A stretch of 64,000 nt of DNA from Amphiscolops sp. MND2022 (Eukaryota). Positions within the stretch are counted from its first letter, which is position 1; every line of letters begins with the position of its first letter. The translations under genes were made by a program, and so were the position numbers. The notes beneath the pieces were generated by a model. It saw only the letters and a list, made by a program, of their open reading frames with translations. It had not been told where the DNA came from and searched no databases. This document shows, piece by piece, positions 1 to 11,323 of this stretch. Location: the NCBI GenBank assembly GCA_964187785.1, contig OZ076421.1, positions 58,032,001-58,096,000 of the forward strand. Direction: 5' to 3'.

Positions 1-2483
1 ACGAACTAGGACGCCACTGAGACTCACGATCAAGTACTTGAGCTGCGAGTGGAAGTCTATGGTCCCAAAGACGTTTGCGTCCGATTGATGCATGAGAGTA
101 GATAGAGAGAAGGCGTCAAACCGGAAAGGGTACTGCACGCCATAGACGAACAACTCACAATCATCAAAGGCTTGTAACACAGAGGCAGGACATCCGGACA
201 CACTGACAAGTTTAGGACTGGAAGATGTTACAGAGAGTAAACGTGATGCGCCGGCGAAGTAGCTTGCGGGGATGCCAAGAGAGATGAGACATCGGTACAG
301 TTGCACCCGTACCAAAGATTCACCCTTCCAAAAACGAACTGACAGTGTACGAAAGCGCCCAGAGGTCTCAAACTCCAAGGAGTACATGTCAGTAGTGGAG
401 ATGCTGGAGGAGACGTCCTCGATGACACAGGTGAATAGGTGATGAAACACTGCCTAAACAAAAGGGGAATGTATCGCCCATTAAAAAACTGGTTTAAAAA
501 CAGAACCAGGGAAAGAACTTACAGTGAGGCGTGCTGGGCTCCAATCAAAAGGAGCAAAAGCTTCCTGGTAGTCCATATTCTCCCCAACTTGAGACCAGAG
601 TGTACGCAACAATTCAATGTTGCCACTAAGAGGGACAATAGTTGCGATCAATGCAATTTGGGTGCTATCTCGGGCACTCCCGGTGGTCTTTCGGCCTTCC
701 TGTCGAGCTAAGTAGTCTTCGTAGAAGGGGAACTCGCTTCCAAGGTCAACTAACAATGCTCCCTCAAAGTTTGCTTTCTCTTTCTCTAATTCAAGTGGGG
801 TCAGCAAAACTCCATTTCTCCCTCGGACCTGATGAGTGACCAACCCAGTGACGGGGTCTTTGCGGCTGAGATGTGTGTACCGCCACAGTTGGTCCTTTCT
901 TAGGTGTGTCTCCGTCTGATAATGTCGCACTATCTCCCGCGCCCCTTTTGAACGAATCGACACGTTGGTCTTACAAATCCTGCAGTAGAACTTATACTGA
1001 TTGTGTAAGGGGTCCAAAGGTCCAGTCACGAAAGTTTTCGTCCAGTTTATACCCTTAAAATATGCCTCCTTCATGGTCTTGCCGGGGCGACCCTCGTATC
1101 TACGCCGTTTCTTGGGAGGGCTTTTGGTGGCAGGAGTTTTCCCTGGTTTGGTGATTTAGGTGGACAAAGGCGCATAGTCTCCTAAACTATATCCACTACC
1201 TGGGCTTGGAGCGGTCTCTTGAAGTAGATCAGTACAAGAGGTCCCAGCACATTGGCCAGCTAGGTCTTCAGTCCCTCCTTGTGGTTGGGTTACTTCCTTC
1301 TCCAGACAAAACGACAAACTGCCAGGTTCGTCGTCCGTATTGAAGGCACCACTAGTGTAGCCTCCACTATTTGAGCCCATATCAGTTGACTCGTCTCCGG
1401 AACTGCTTGTGTGGCCAACTACGGGTCGGGACGACCGGCTTACGTGTCGACACCGCTCCTTGGATAAGACTTTCCCTGAAGTAGCTTGCAAAAGTAAAGA
1501 CTTCATGAGGTGAAATGACGACAAAATGGTTTCATCCGAGATCGTCTTCAACACTGTGTGCATCTGGTCTTCTGTAAGGGCAATCGTGTGATGGCCTCGT
1601 GGTAACTCTATGGGGTCCTTCTCACAAAAATACCTCCGCAATAGAGTCCGTCCACTCACTGACATGCGACGCGACTCTTGTGAGGGCCCTGGATCACATC
1701 CTGCAGGCGCTTCAGCAGATTCATTGTCACTGGAACTGGTATTGTCTCGTGTGGGGAACTGAACGTGCACGGGCCCTCTTTTATTCCATGACACAACAGG
1801 CCCTGTGACCCCCGAGCTGTCCATAAGATCCTCAAACTCGCTGGTTTCAGTGAGATAATCAATAGGGTCAGTTAGCCCAGTGCCGGGTAGTTTGACTTCG
1901 TCCGCAACCTGTCCTTCCGCAAAACTCTGGCTAGTCTTCCCCTTCTGCACGGTCTGTCCGTTGTCTATCGCCTGCTGTGGATTTATCTCAATCCTCTCAG
2001 AAACGGAGGATTTGGGCTGGGGTCCTACCTTATTGGGGATTTGTCCGGAACCATGTGAGTCCATGGAATCAACTGGGGCGCTTCTCGTGAGAGCATGGTC
2101 TCTATGGTCCTCTCTGCATAAGCGGACACACTTTCAGCGGCGGAACTGTCAGATGCTGATGCAGGAGTTCGACTCAATTCCTCGACTTTCTCGTTGAGAA
2201 CCAGGCCAGCGACGGTTTGGGGAGTAGAAATTAAATTATTGGATGGCTCTAGTTGCTTTTCCTCTGAAGCCCCAATAGACTGGATTGGACTAACTTCAGT
2301 CAGTTCTTCGGTCGACATATCTAAACACAAGGTAACTAAATCAAGCGGCAAGCTTCCTGAGTTAAAATCCATTAGCCGCGTTAAAAAATCTTCCGGAAGT
2401 AGATTAAATTGAACACTTGTGAACACTTGTGTTACATGGACAGGAAGTACTTGAACGAAAAGAGTGCCCTGATCAAGCCTCAA
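1..2483 (-). pseudogene. Spliced hAT-transposase-derived gene (C2H2/BED-like zinc finger plus degenerate RNase H-like region), disrupted; runs off the window start
   Basis: ORFs 2025-2483, 1156-2064 and 481-1074. The last two share a frame, separated only by TAA at 1156-1158; the bridge reads ITKPGKTPATKSPPKKRRRYEGRPGK (NLS-like). Zinc motif YCRICKTNVSIRSKGAREIVRHYQTETH. A phase-0 intron 522-454 (GTAAGT...TTCCCCTTTTGTTTAG) joins a 151-codon open exon 453-1 containing MYSLEFETSGRFRTLSVRFW. Confidence 0.65.
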
Positions 2484-3006
2484 ATTAGTTCAAAAATCTA
2501 GCCTAGCTAATGAAAATGTATGAAGAACAACTGACCTGTTAGTATTCCAATGCGGGGAAGTTGGTAGATGGTATTTGCGACAGTAGGTCGTGTCAAACTG
2601 ACAGCTAAATGAGGACGTCCAAAGTTGAGCCTGGATGTCGATTTTCCGGGAGAAGCTGAGGGGAATCTATGGGGATGTGGATGAATGGACACTGAGTCCT
2701 GTGATGAGGACGAGAAGTAATTAAATGAAAAATACAATAAAATGACTCAAAGACTAAAGGACTGACTAAGTACTGATGATTAAATACTGGATAATACGAG
2801 AAGTGGATAATACAATTGAATGGTAAAGAATTGAAAGAAGAATTAGAAATGTGACAAGATGTCAAGATTGGAGTTCGTGGCTATACAGTTTGGTGTCCAA
2901 CTTACAAGTATTTACAATTTATGGAGATATGTGGATAAAGTCTGCCAGCGATATCTACCTTTTCCATTAATTTCGAAAACTTTGTTATTTACAAAATTAT
3001 TCCATG

Positions 3007-3046
3007 ATTTTATTTTATTTTATTTTATTTTATTTTATTTTATTCT
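3007..3046. repeat. (ATTTT)n microsatellite
   Basis: About 8 consecutive ATTTT units. Confidence 0.95.
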
Positions 3047-3548
3047 ATTTTCAAGGTCATTTTATATCATTCCTCATACGGGTTCGCGACCTTGAGAAGC
3101 CATGTTAGCTTGGGAGAATTTTTGCTGCTTTCCTTTTGGCTGAGCATATCGATGGTGGACAGCGTGGCTGACCGTCATATCTTCACCCACTTGAAATCCT
3201 CAAGTATCTGATGAGTGTTAATAAACACTCGAGACCGCGCTCTTAAGTTAGAAGTGTTAACTTAGTTGTTGATAGATAGTTAAGGCGGCGCCGACAATTA
3301 CAAAGCAACTCCGCGGCTTGATGAAAGAATTCAAAAGGGAAGAATTTTGTTGTCGAGAAGTTATTACTTGGAGAGGTAGCGGAACCCCGGGAAAAACGAA
3401 ACGAAGAGACTCACGGACTGTCGGAAATAAATCCGCCATTCCTCTCAGTTTCATTCTTGAATTCAGCCGTCCTCTTCAAAAATTTCTGAATTGAAAACCA
3501 CTAAATTCCTTCAAGATAGCGAAGAAAATATTCAAAAAAAGATTCGAT

Positions 3549-4388
3549 ATGAATAGCCTTGTCTCGCCTTTGTATGACTCCGAACCCGAAAGGACCTATC
3601 CGGAGGACCTCCAAGGAGCTGCCCCAGGAGATGGGATCATTTACATTTCAAGCGACGAAGAGGAGACAATGGAATGCAGGAGCGTTTCCTCGATAACCGA
3701 TTTCTTGTCCTCCTCGGAGGATGAGTCGGAAGAGGTTGCTCAGATGGCCTTATGCGTCGAAACACAGATGTCCGAGCCCATAGCAATTCCCTACACCTCT
3801 TCTTCTGCCGCGAATCAGGCAAACGAACACAGAAGGCCAAACTTGCCTCCGTTTCCTAAGTTCGACCAGACTTACTTTAGCCTGGGGAGAGGCAATGGGC
3901 CCCTAAGGGCAGACAGTAGAATTAAGCGGAACCACCCGATAAACTTGTGCCGCAATCTTGTCCCGATGGTCGATACGCCACTATCCCCACCAGATGCAGA
4001 CAGAGGACAATACTGCCCTCAACCGACATCGAGTGGGTCTTACGTATCAGATGCCCCGACGATTGATTCTATGGCCAATCATTTTAATGACTTGGAGATC
4101 GGGGTGCGTACAGCTGAATCGACCTATTCGGACTGTGTGATCTGTGGTAAATCAACACATCAAATACGCGAGGAAGCTGCAGATGATTACATCAGCAAGA
4201 CGGTCGCAGTGGGAGAAACGCTAGCGGAGACGCAAGCAAGAAAGAGAGCATTTCTAGACGGGATGACAGCCGGAACTTTTCTTCTCATGCCAGGGGGAGT
4301 GTCGCAGGCTCCCGCCTGCGATGGGAACTTTTACACCATCAATTACAGCTGTTTTCGCGCCCTCCCAGGTACTCTACCAATAAACTAG
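3549..4388 (+). CDS. Orphan 279-aa acidic, Ser-rich protein with a SIM-like motif and CxxC
   Basis: Intact ATG-to-TAG ORF with IIYISSDEEE and DCVICGKSTH motifs, divergent from the minus-strand zinc-finger gene. Confidence 0.55.
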   Translation: MNSLVSPLYDSEPERTYPEDLQGAAPGDGIIYISSDEEETMECRSVSSITDFLSSSEDESEEVAQMALCVETQMSEPIAIPYTSSSAANQANEHRRPNLPPFPKFDQTYFSLGRGNGPLRADSRIKRNHPINLCRNLVPMVDTPLSPPDADRGQYCPQPTSSGSYVSDAPTIDSMANHFNDLEIGVRTAESTYSDCVICGKSTHQIREEAADDYISKTVAVGETLAETQARKRAFLDGMTAGTFLLMPGGVSQAPACDGNFYTINYSCFRALPGTLPIN

Positions 4389-5394
4389 AGGAAAGGACCA
4401 TGTGTCCCATTGTCATGACGGGACAAAAACTTCAAACTGAATTTGTAATATTTTTACGGCATGTCTATCATTCTATTTTCAGTCTATTTTTTTGACGGTC
4501 TTATATATAAAATCTTGTGCAAATTAGTAATCGGAAATACCATTTGGTTAGTTGAAAACTACGAAGTTGATTTTGATACATTGATGCATGTAAACACTGT
4601 ATATTTAATGTATTAGCTAAGAAATTGGACACCAAGGCGTACAAGAAAGGAAACGAGTTCAAATGTTTCCTCTCCTGTCTCGCTGGACACGCAGTCCGTC
4701 CAAATTCTTAGCCAATCAGAACACGCCATTCATTTCATTCACTGTGCGCAGTATTCTAAATTAAAGGACTCTAAGGCCACGCGCCGTCAGCTAGTAGTAA
4801 TTTGCTGCCTATTTACGGCAAATGGACACTGAGTCCAAATTAAAGTAAAGTGCAATTTACAGTGGTAAATAAAGGCTATGATTGGTGTTTCTAATAAATA
4901 CTCGTTTTGATGAAGATTACTGGACCATTTGTACCATTTGATGCTAGATATTAATAATTTACATGAATACTCAGATTAATGAGTTGGTACATGTAAGTTA
5001 TGGTTGATCAAATGTAATTGCATGTAATGTTGCTTAACCTCACATACGAAAGGCCTTGAGGGATGCTTGGACCTACAATCCTTCTATATATAGAATTGTT
5101 GAAGGCGCTTGAATAAATCACCCCTTTGAAGTGACCCTTTCGTCATGCCGCCTTCATGGCTATAAATAGTAGGTGCTATTTTTAGATAGCTGTGAAGGCT
5201 ATTTTTAGAACGTGACCCTCATTATTTTGCAAGTCATGTAAACCTGAGTATATATACCGTGGACCCTAAGTCCCAAGGACTTTTTTCAATTTCCTTGATA
5301 CCGTAATACTCAAACTTGTTAAAATCGTTTCAACATACTCTGTTTGCAAGCCTGAGAACTTAATTTAAATTCTTACCTCTTGCAATAAACTCTT

Positions 5395-5938
5395 ATGCCT
5401 TCCACAAGAAGACAGAAAGCGAAAGCTAGAAAATCCAAAGAGATGGACATGTTGTCCGATATGGATAATTTAGACGTGATGATAGGGAGTGAAAATCCTT
5501 TAGAAAGAGAGTTAGCAGATGTAATAGACCAATCTTCCATTAATGGTGATATAGAAATTGGTAGTCACTCAAGAAATGATCTTGGAAATTTCATTCAAGG
5601 AAATGAGCCTCATGGTCGAAACGACATAAGACAATCCTTTGAAACCTTTTCAAATGAATTTGATCTTAGGTTATCTCAAGAGATGGATTCCATGATGGCC
5701 ATGGTACATAGTCAGATAAATAGAGCAATCAGTACCGCCATATCAGAGAAGGTGTTACCGGAGATTCAGAATATTGTGAGTTCAATGTCTTCCTCTGGGA
5801 ACAGGGACACTGAGGCTAGTATGTCCCCTAGCAGTCAGGAAAATAGGGAAAATCCATCCGGCTTGAAAACAAAATTATTGAAAAAGGACTCACGGTCCGT
5901 TGGTGATTTGAGAGACACCACGGGACGTGGCCCTTACA
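5395..5938 (+). pseudogene. Gag-like N-terminal fragment truncated at the putative LTR end
   Basis: MPSTRRQKAKARKSKEMDMLSD...LRLSQEMDSMMAMVHSQINRAISTAISEKVLPEIQN (basic start plus coiled coil). The protein-like character ends at GRGPY; the ORF then reads through to 6003 in flanking DNA. Confidence 0.45.
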
Positions 5939-6985
5939 TTAAGGAGCAATTTTTGTTTCGAAAGCAAATGAGTTTCTATCAGTTTAAAGGCGTTATAATG
6001 TAAATAATTTTCCGTCGCGTAAAGAACTGAAGCTAAGCGTCATGTTTAGCGTTCTATTTGGGAAGCGGTGATCACTTCAGACGCATATTGGAGAAAACAA
6101 ATTGTGAACACATAAAGATCGCCTCGGCAATAAAATAGTACACATTTTCAACTTTCATTGCAGTTGTAGAAGATGTAGAGTAACTTTATTAACTTCACAA
6201 CTAGACGCTTACTGAATTTTCTAGGTTTTTTAAAAAAATACAGGGCTGCAGACTTTAATAATATCCTACTGTCTCAAGCTGTGCGTGGTGGTCATGTGAC
6301 ATTGAGCCTTGTCTATTCTCCTAAGCGTAGATTGGATAACCAAACTATAATAATGCAGAACTGCAGAATAAACGTATCGCAAAACAAATTCTAATTCTTA
6401 CCTGTGGTTGTTGGTTCCGTTTTGAATGATGAAACCGTGTAAAATTACAACTGGTGAGAGGAACCAAAGGGCTAGGTGATGGTAAATTGCTTATTTCGGA
6501 ATCGAACTAGATTTCCAATCGGCTTCATGATAGTTTTTCTCGTAGCTTGCTCGCTTATTCGAACGGCTTCTCAATAATTTCTCATATCCGTGAACTTTAG
6601 TTTTTTTGGCTCTTTTCTGTTTTCCCCCCACCACCAAATTTTTTTTTGGAAAATTCGTATAACAAAAAGACTTGAATACAAACCAGAAAGCTTCAAGTTT
6701 ACATAATGAAAATAGTCACGAATTTTCGATGAAAAATCAACAGCTTCCTGTTTTGAGTCATCAATAAACACTTAATACGAACACAATTATAGTCAAAAAG
6801 CGTGAACAATGTTTTGTTAAAACAAAACACTATTCCAATAGACGTTAACTTCCCATTATGAGAGAAGGTTTTACTTTTAATTAGGCTAGTCTAACGTTTT
6901 TAAGGATATTTACTTCCAAAAATTTTGGTGGTGGGGGGGGGGGGGGTTGCAGTGCAGGGGGGGACAGAAAAAAGCCGTTTTTTAG

Positions 6986-7276
6986 ACCACGACTGTTGTG
7001 ACGCACCATCCAGGAAATGCCACCACGAAGTCGACTATGAACATGATCCACTCGGGTCTCTGCTGCTGCTTCTGCAAGAATCTAACCCAGAATGCTCACC
7101 ATTCATGCTCGAAGTGCGAATACCATCTGGGCATCCATGAGCCCGAACCGATGCCTACGTGCCCCCTCTTCATTATGTGCATGAAGCGAGTTGGGGAAAA
7201 GGCTGGGGTCCCAGCACTTGATGTGACCTTGAGGGATGTGATACGCGATGCACCTGCCGAACCGGCTGCACAATGA
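6986..7276 (+). CDS. Terminal exon of a LITAF-domain protein (C-terminal half, second HxCxxC knuckle)
   Basis: Acceptor TTTTTTAG at 6978-6985. The exon reads TTTVVTHHPGNAT...GLCCCFCKNLTQNAHHSCSKCEYHLGIH and ends at TGA 7274-7276. Confidence 0.65.
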   Translation, partial: TTTVVTHHPGNATTKSTMNMIHSGLCCCFCKNLTQNAHHSCSKCEYHLGIHEPEPMPTCPLFIMCMKRVGEKAGVPALDVTLRDVIRDAPAEPAAQ

Positions 7277-8108
7277 AGGGGAAAAACAACAGTCTCTGTA
7301 AGAGTCGGACATTTTTCCTTAAAAGGAAAACGTGCCGTCTAAAAACATATGCAAATATGGACGTCATGAATAAAACGTAAAAGTGTGCAAAACACTGTAT
7401 AGAATACAAAACAATTCTCATTGAAAGATTGCCCAATAATTCATTGTGTTCTTGATTGTATGCTCGATAATAGTTTTATAAAAATATCTTTTGCTCGATG
7501 TATTCAGCAGAACAAAGGACAACATAGTTTTTACAAGGCCCTCGAAAGAAGTTTTCAGATGTTCATTTGAAGATTGTTCATACCTGCAAGCTGTTTGGTA
7601 CTCACTCTAGTCGGAAGAGGAATGTTTTTAATACAGCTTTGTTCACACTATTTGCAGTTTTTTTTAACCTATTTTGAAGATTGCCAATAATTTCGCTTCT
7701 GCAAAACTCTTGTTGTATGCAACTCTTATCAGATGTTGAAGAGATTTGGCGGCATTTTTCAGCCTTGCGTTGGTTTTCACGTTTCACAATGTGCCTGTTC
7801 TGCTTATAAATGCAGCTGAGACATTGTCGTTTTCATCGCCATTTTTGATGCAGAATAACTTCAGTCACGTTATAAACTGCGAGCTAGCGTTATCTTGAGC
7901 GTGATATTTGAAAAGCAGTCATAACCGTTGAGAAACGAAATTCTGAAAAACAAAAGTTCCTCGTTTCATGTCGATTTTCATTAGTGAAAATTGCGTTGGA
8001 ATCCTAGATGTACCACCGGAAGCTAACTGAATTTTCTGGGGTTATGCGAAAAATTTACCCTTCACACAGGACTGCCGGAGTTTGAAAGTTCAAACGGCCT
8101 TAAACTCT

Positions 8109-8621
8109 GTCAAGGACTGCAGGGGTCAAACAGTAGGGGTCAACGTTGTCAAGGACTGCAGGGGTCAAACAGTAGGGGTCAACGTTGTCAAGGAATGCAG
8201 GGGTCAAACAGTAGGGGTCAACGTTGTCAAGGACTGCAGGGGTCAAACAGTAGGGGTCAACGTTGTCAAGGACTGCCGGGGTCAAACAGTAGGGGTCAAC
8301 GTTGTCAAGGACTGCCGGGGTCAAACAGTAGGGGTCAACGTTGTCAAGGACTGCAGGGGTCAAACAGTAGGGGTCAACGTTGTCAAGGACTGCAGGGGTC
8401 AAACAGTAGGGGTCAACGTTGTCAAGGACTGCCGGGGTCAAACAGTAGGGGTCAACGTTGTCAAGGACTGCAGGGGTCAAACAGTAGGGGTCAACGTTGT
8501 CAAGGACTGCCGGGGTCAAACAGTAGGGGTCAACGTTGTCAAGGACTGCAGGGGTCAAACAGTAGGGGTCAACGTTGTCAAGGACTGCAGGGGTCAAACA
8601 GTAGGGGTCAACGTTGTCAAG
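8109..8621. repeat. 39-bp minisatellite, 13 copies
   Basis: Unit GTCAAGGACTGC(A/C)GGGGTCAAACAGTAGGGGTCAACGTT in near-perfect head-to-tail copies with no spacers. Confidence 0.97.
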
Positions 8622-10200
8622 AACTATGTATTTACTGTAGTGCATAAACTGAAAAAAAACTCTTCCTGAATTGCTGAGAAAACGAAAAAAAAACGAGGAA
8701 AGCAAAATTTCAAGATTGATATCCGGAGAAAGTCTTTTTCGTCGAAGTCAAAGTCAAAACAATTAGTCAAAGTCAAGATTATTTGTTGAAAAGAATGTGA
8801 ATTGAACAAAAATTTTGGATTTTAGTGGAGAATCCCAGTAACAGGGGCGTCGAACAGTATTCACACTTAAAGCAGACTGTATTTCATCAAAGTTAACGTG
8901 TGAAGCAGTTTGCACTAGTTGGCAGATTTTCGAGGAACCCAAATGTCTTTTCAGAACACTTTTTGAACAAATAGTTAAGCAATCAGGTTTCATACCAGCA
9001 TTGAAGGTATTCTTCAGCCCAAAGTATCATTCAAACTTTTTATAGTCAACAAAAATTATTTCCTCCGCTCTGCTACGACAACATTCACCCGAACATCGAG
9101 GAAATCAGAAACTTGATGTTTTTTCTCAGCAAAGAATTCAAGATACACAGCTTTCGTGATCTTCAGTTCACGTACCGGTAGTCAACGAAATGCACTAGCA
9201 CGTGTTTGTAAGATTAGAAAGAATTGATGCGTTTTTGTACGTAGCTAGTTTTCAAGAAAAGTTCTCATGCTTCAAACAGATACTGTCATCTCCACACTCC
9301 TTTGCCTGAGCTTAACCTTTGAAATAGTAGCTCATACGTCACGAAGATCTTGAAATTTGATATCAACTCTAACCCTCTCACCCCATCATTTATCGTACCC
9401 TAACACATAGGATACGAAAAAGCAAAAGATATTGCTCTATCATCAGTGAGAAATCATAATAAGAAAGTAACCAACTATTCTGAAGTAACGCAAACATATC
9501 AACTAAACAATCGCAGAAGCAATGCAATAAAAGATCTCAAATCGGGGTTTGTTTGTAAACACTCTTCCCAGTCACCTCCAAAGGTCAGCATTGCAATACC
9601 CCCAATAAGTTCGGTGCATTAGGGTACATATCCCCGCAAGCAAGTTCCCGGGCTTGCGACTTGCATTAATAACCAATCACAGTGAGTTATTATGATGAAT
9701 ACAGTTTTACACTTTTCTCATATTACACCAAGTGATAATTGGTTACGCTACATGACTAAAATTCACTAATTGACAGCTTTACACTATTTTCCGTAGCAAA
9801 AATTTATACTAATTGACTGCATCATGCACTTATGCAGTCCTACGGACTTTGACTTTTTTCCACTACACATTTTGACTGAATTACGCCGCCTTACTAATTA
9901 CGTGGTGTAAAATAGTCAAATAGTGTAGCACTATAATTACGTGGTGCAAATTAGTAAAATAGTGTAGCTCAGTAATGAACATGACTATTTTACGCGTTTT
10001 GTTAATCATTGGTTTAACTATATTAAAGATGTTTTTATAGACCTTGTTGTATAAATTGCAATGCATTACTTTCACTTCAGTATTGCAGATATTTTCTCCA
10101 AAATAAGTAGTTTTAACCCCGGGATCAACGGTGGTTTTCGCGGTACCGGAGAACGTTCCCGGTCAATTAGATTTTTGATGAGTGTCTTCAAGGTGTTCTG

Positions 10201-10595
10201 GACGTTTCGGCCAGAGACGTTTCGGCGACAAAGTGTCGCCGAAACGTCCTCTAAAAAGCTAAAAACCAAAACGAAATACGAATTACCACTGGATTGTGTT
10301 AAGAGAATGGAATGTATTAAAACTCAAGTATGCAGCTTCGCGACCTCCCTTTCCGCTAGGTCTTGCTCCTGTTCGACCTCGCTTAGCAAGATGGGAACAC
10401 AAGCGGCCCCAAGGGCCGCGGGGCACTAGAGGTAATGGGACATATCCGAGACACGTTTTATACTTTAAATCATTTCCAATTTGGTAATACCGCGACTAGC
10501 AAATGTATCTATGAAGAGACGTTTGGACGACAGCTTCGTCGCCGAAACATCCGATGACTCATTGTTGCCGAAACGTCTGTCGCCGAAACGACTTG
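10201..10595. repeat. MITE-like remnant built from GACGTTTCGGCGAC / GTCGCCGAAACGTC motifs
   Basis: Perfect 15-bp hairpin at 10216-10248, with further motif copies at about 10201, 10518-10550 and 10566-10592. Confidence 0.55.
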
Positions 10596-10879
10596 CTCCC
10601 TCTTCAAGTCTATCATAAACTGGCACTCAGTTTATCTCAGGTTACCCTCGCGCTGTTTGCTTTCGGGTGGCTTGTCTTCAACCAACTTGTTTATCCCAGC
10701 AAAGAGCACGGCATTTATTCTATTAGGCGCATTTGTAATCGGAGGCCGGAGTTGCGGGGTAAGTTTCCGTATGGTTGACGAGGACTGCATCTATGGTGAC
10801 GCTTGAGGCATTACATTAGGTATCTTGCTTCTTGTTTCCGAAGCTATAGCGTTATCCTTTTGAACTACCGCTTGCCGGC

Positions 10880-11235
10880 TGTCATGACTTCATCATGAAA
10901 GGATTACAACATTTCGATACAGACAGAGTCCAGCCAATCAGAAATCTGGACCAGTCAGAAGACGAATAGAGAACAAGTTGCAGCTGATGATAAAGAACCT
11001 GATATAATTGATTACACTTTAACTTGAGTAACTGTACGATAAAGATTGTTCTAGCTCTCTACAACTTTAACAAATCTTTCTGATAAATAATTTGTACTTT
11101 CTGAGTTAAGGAAAGGTGACCTAGAAAGAAATCTGAAGTCAATAACAATCCAAAAGTCTTTATAAAAGGATCCAAATACAATTCCTCTCATTCTTCTGAA
11201 AATGATAAGTTACCGCTCGGACATCACTGATGACA
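10880..11235 (+). repeat. Element 1 5' LTR
   Basis: TGTCA...TGACA; colinear with 24322-24677, about 22 substitutions by manual count (~94% identity). Confidence 0.95.
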
Positions 11236-11248
11236 TGGTGACAGGAGT
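11236..11248 (+). promoter_or_regulatory. Primer-binding site, tRNA-Leu-like
   Basis: TGGTGACAGGAGT directly after the LTR; one mismatch to the recalled Leu(CAG)-type PBS TGGTGTCAGGAGT. The tRNA identity is inference. Confidence 0.7.
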
Positions 11249-11323
11249 TCATTTTCCGCGACAATTCAGTAAACTGCTTCACAATCCGAAAAACACAAAT
11301 GTTTTCTCAATAACATAGTGACA

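Larger units (their letters stand above)
1..5938. mobile_element. Right part of a probable large LTR or LTR-element end, terminating in ...GGCCCTTACA
   Basis: The gag-like ORF starting at 5395 changes abruptly to AT-rich sequence after CTTACA (5938), an LTR-type CA end. No second copy is in the window, so this is inference. Confidence 0.4.

Noticed and set aside
8082-8705. 39-bp array as a CRISPR array or as a repeat-protein gene
   Set aside because: There are no unique spacers and no cas genes. The ORFs on both strands use non-ATG starts and exist only because the unit lacks stop codons.
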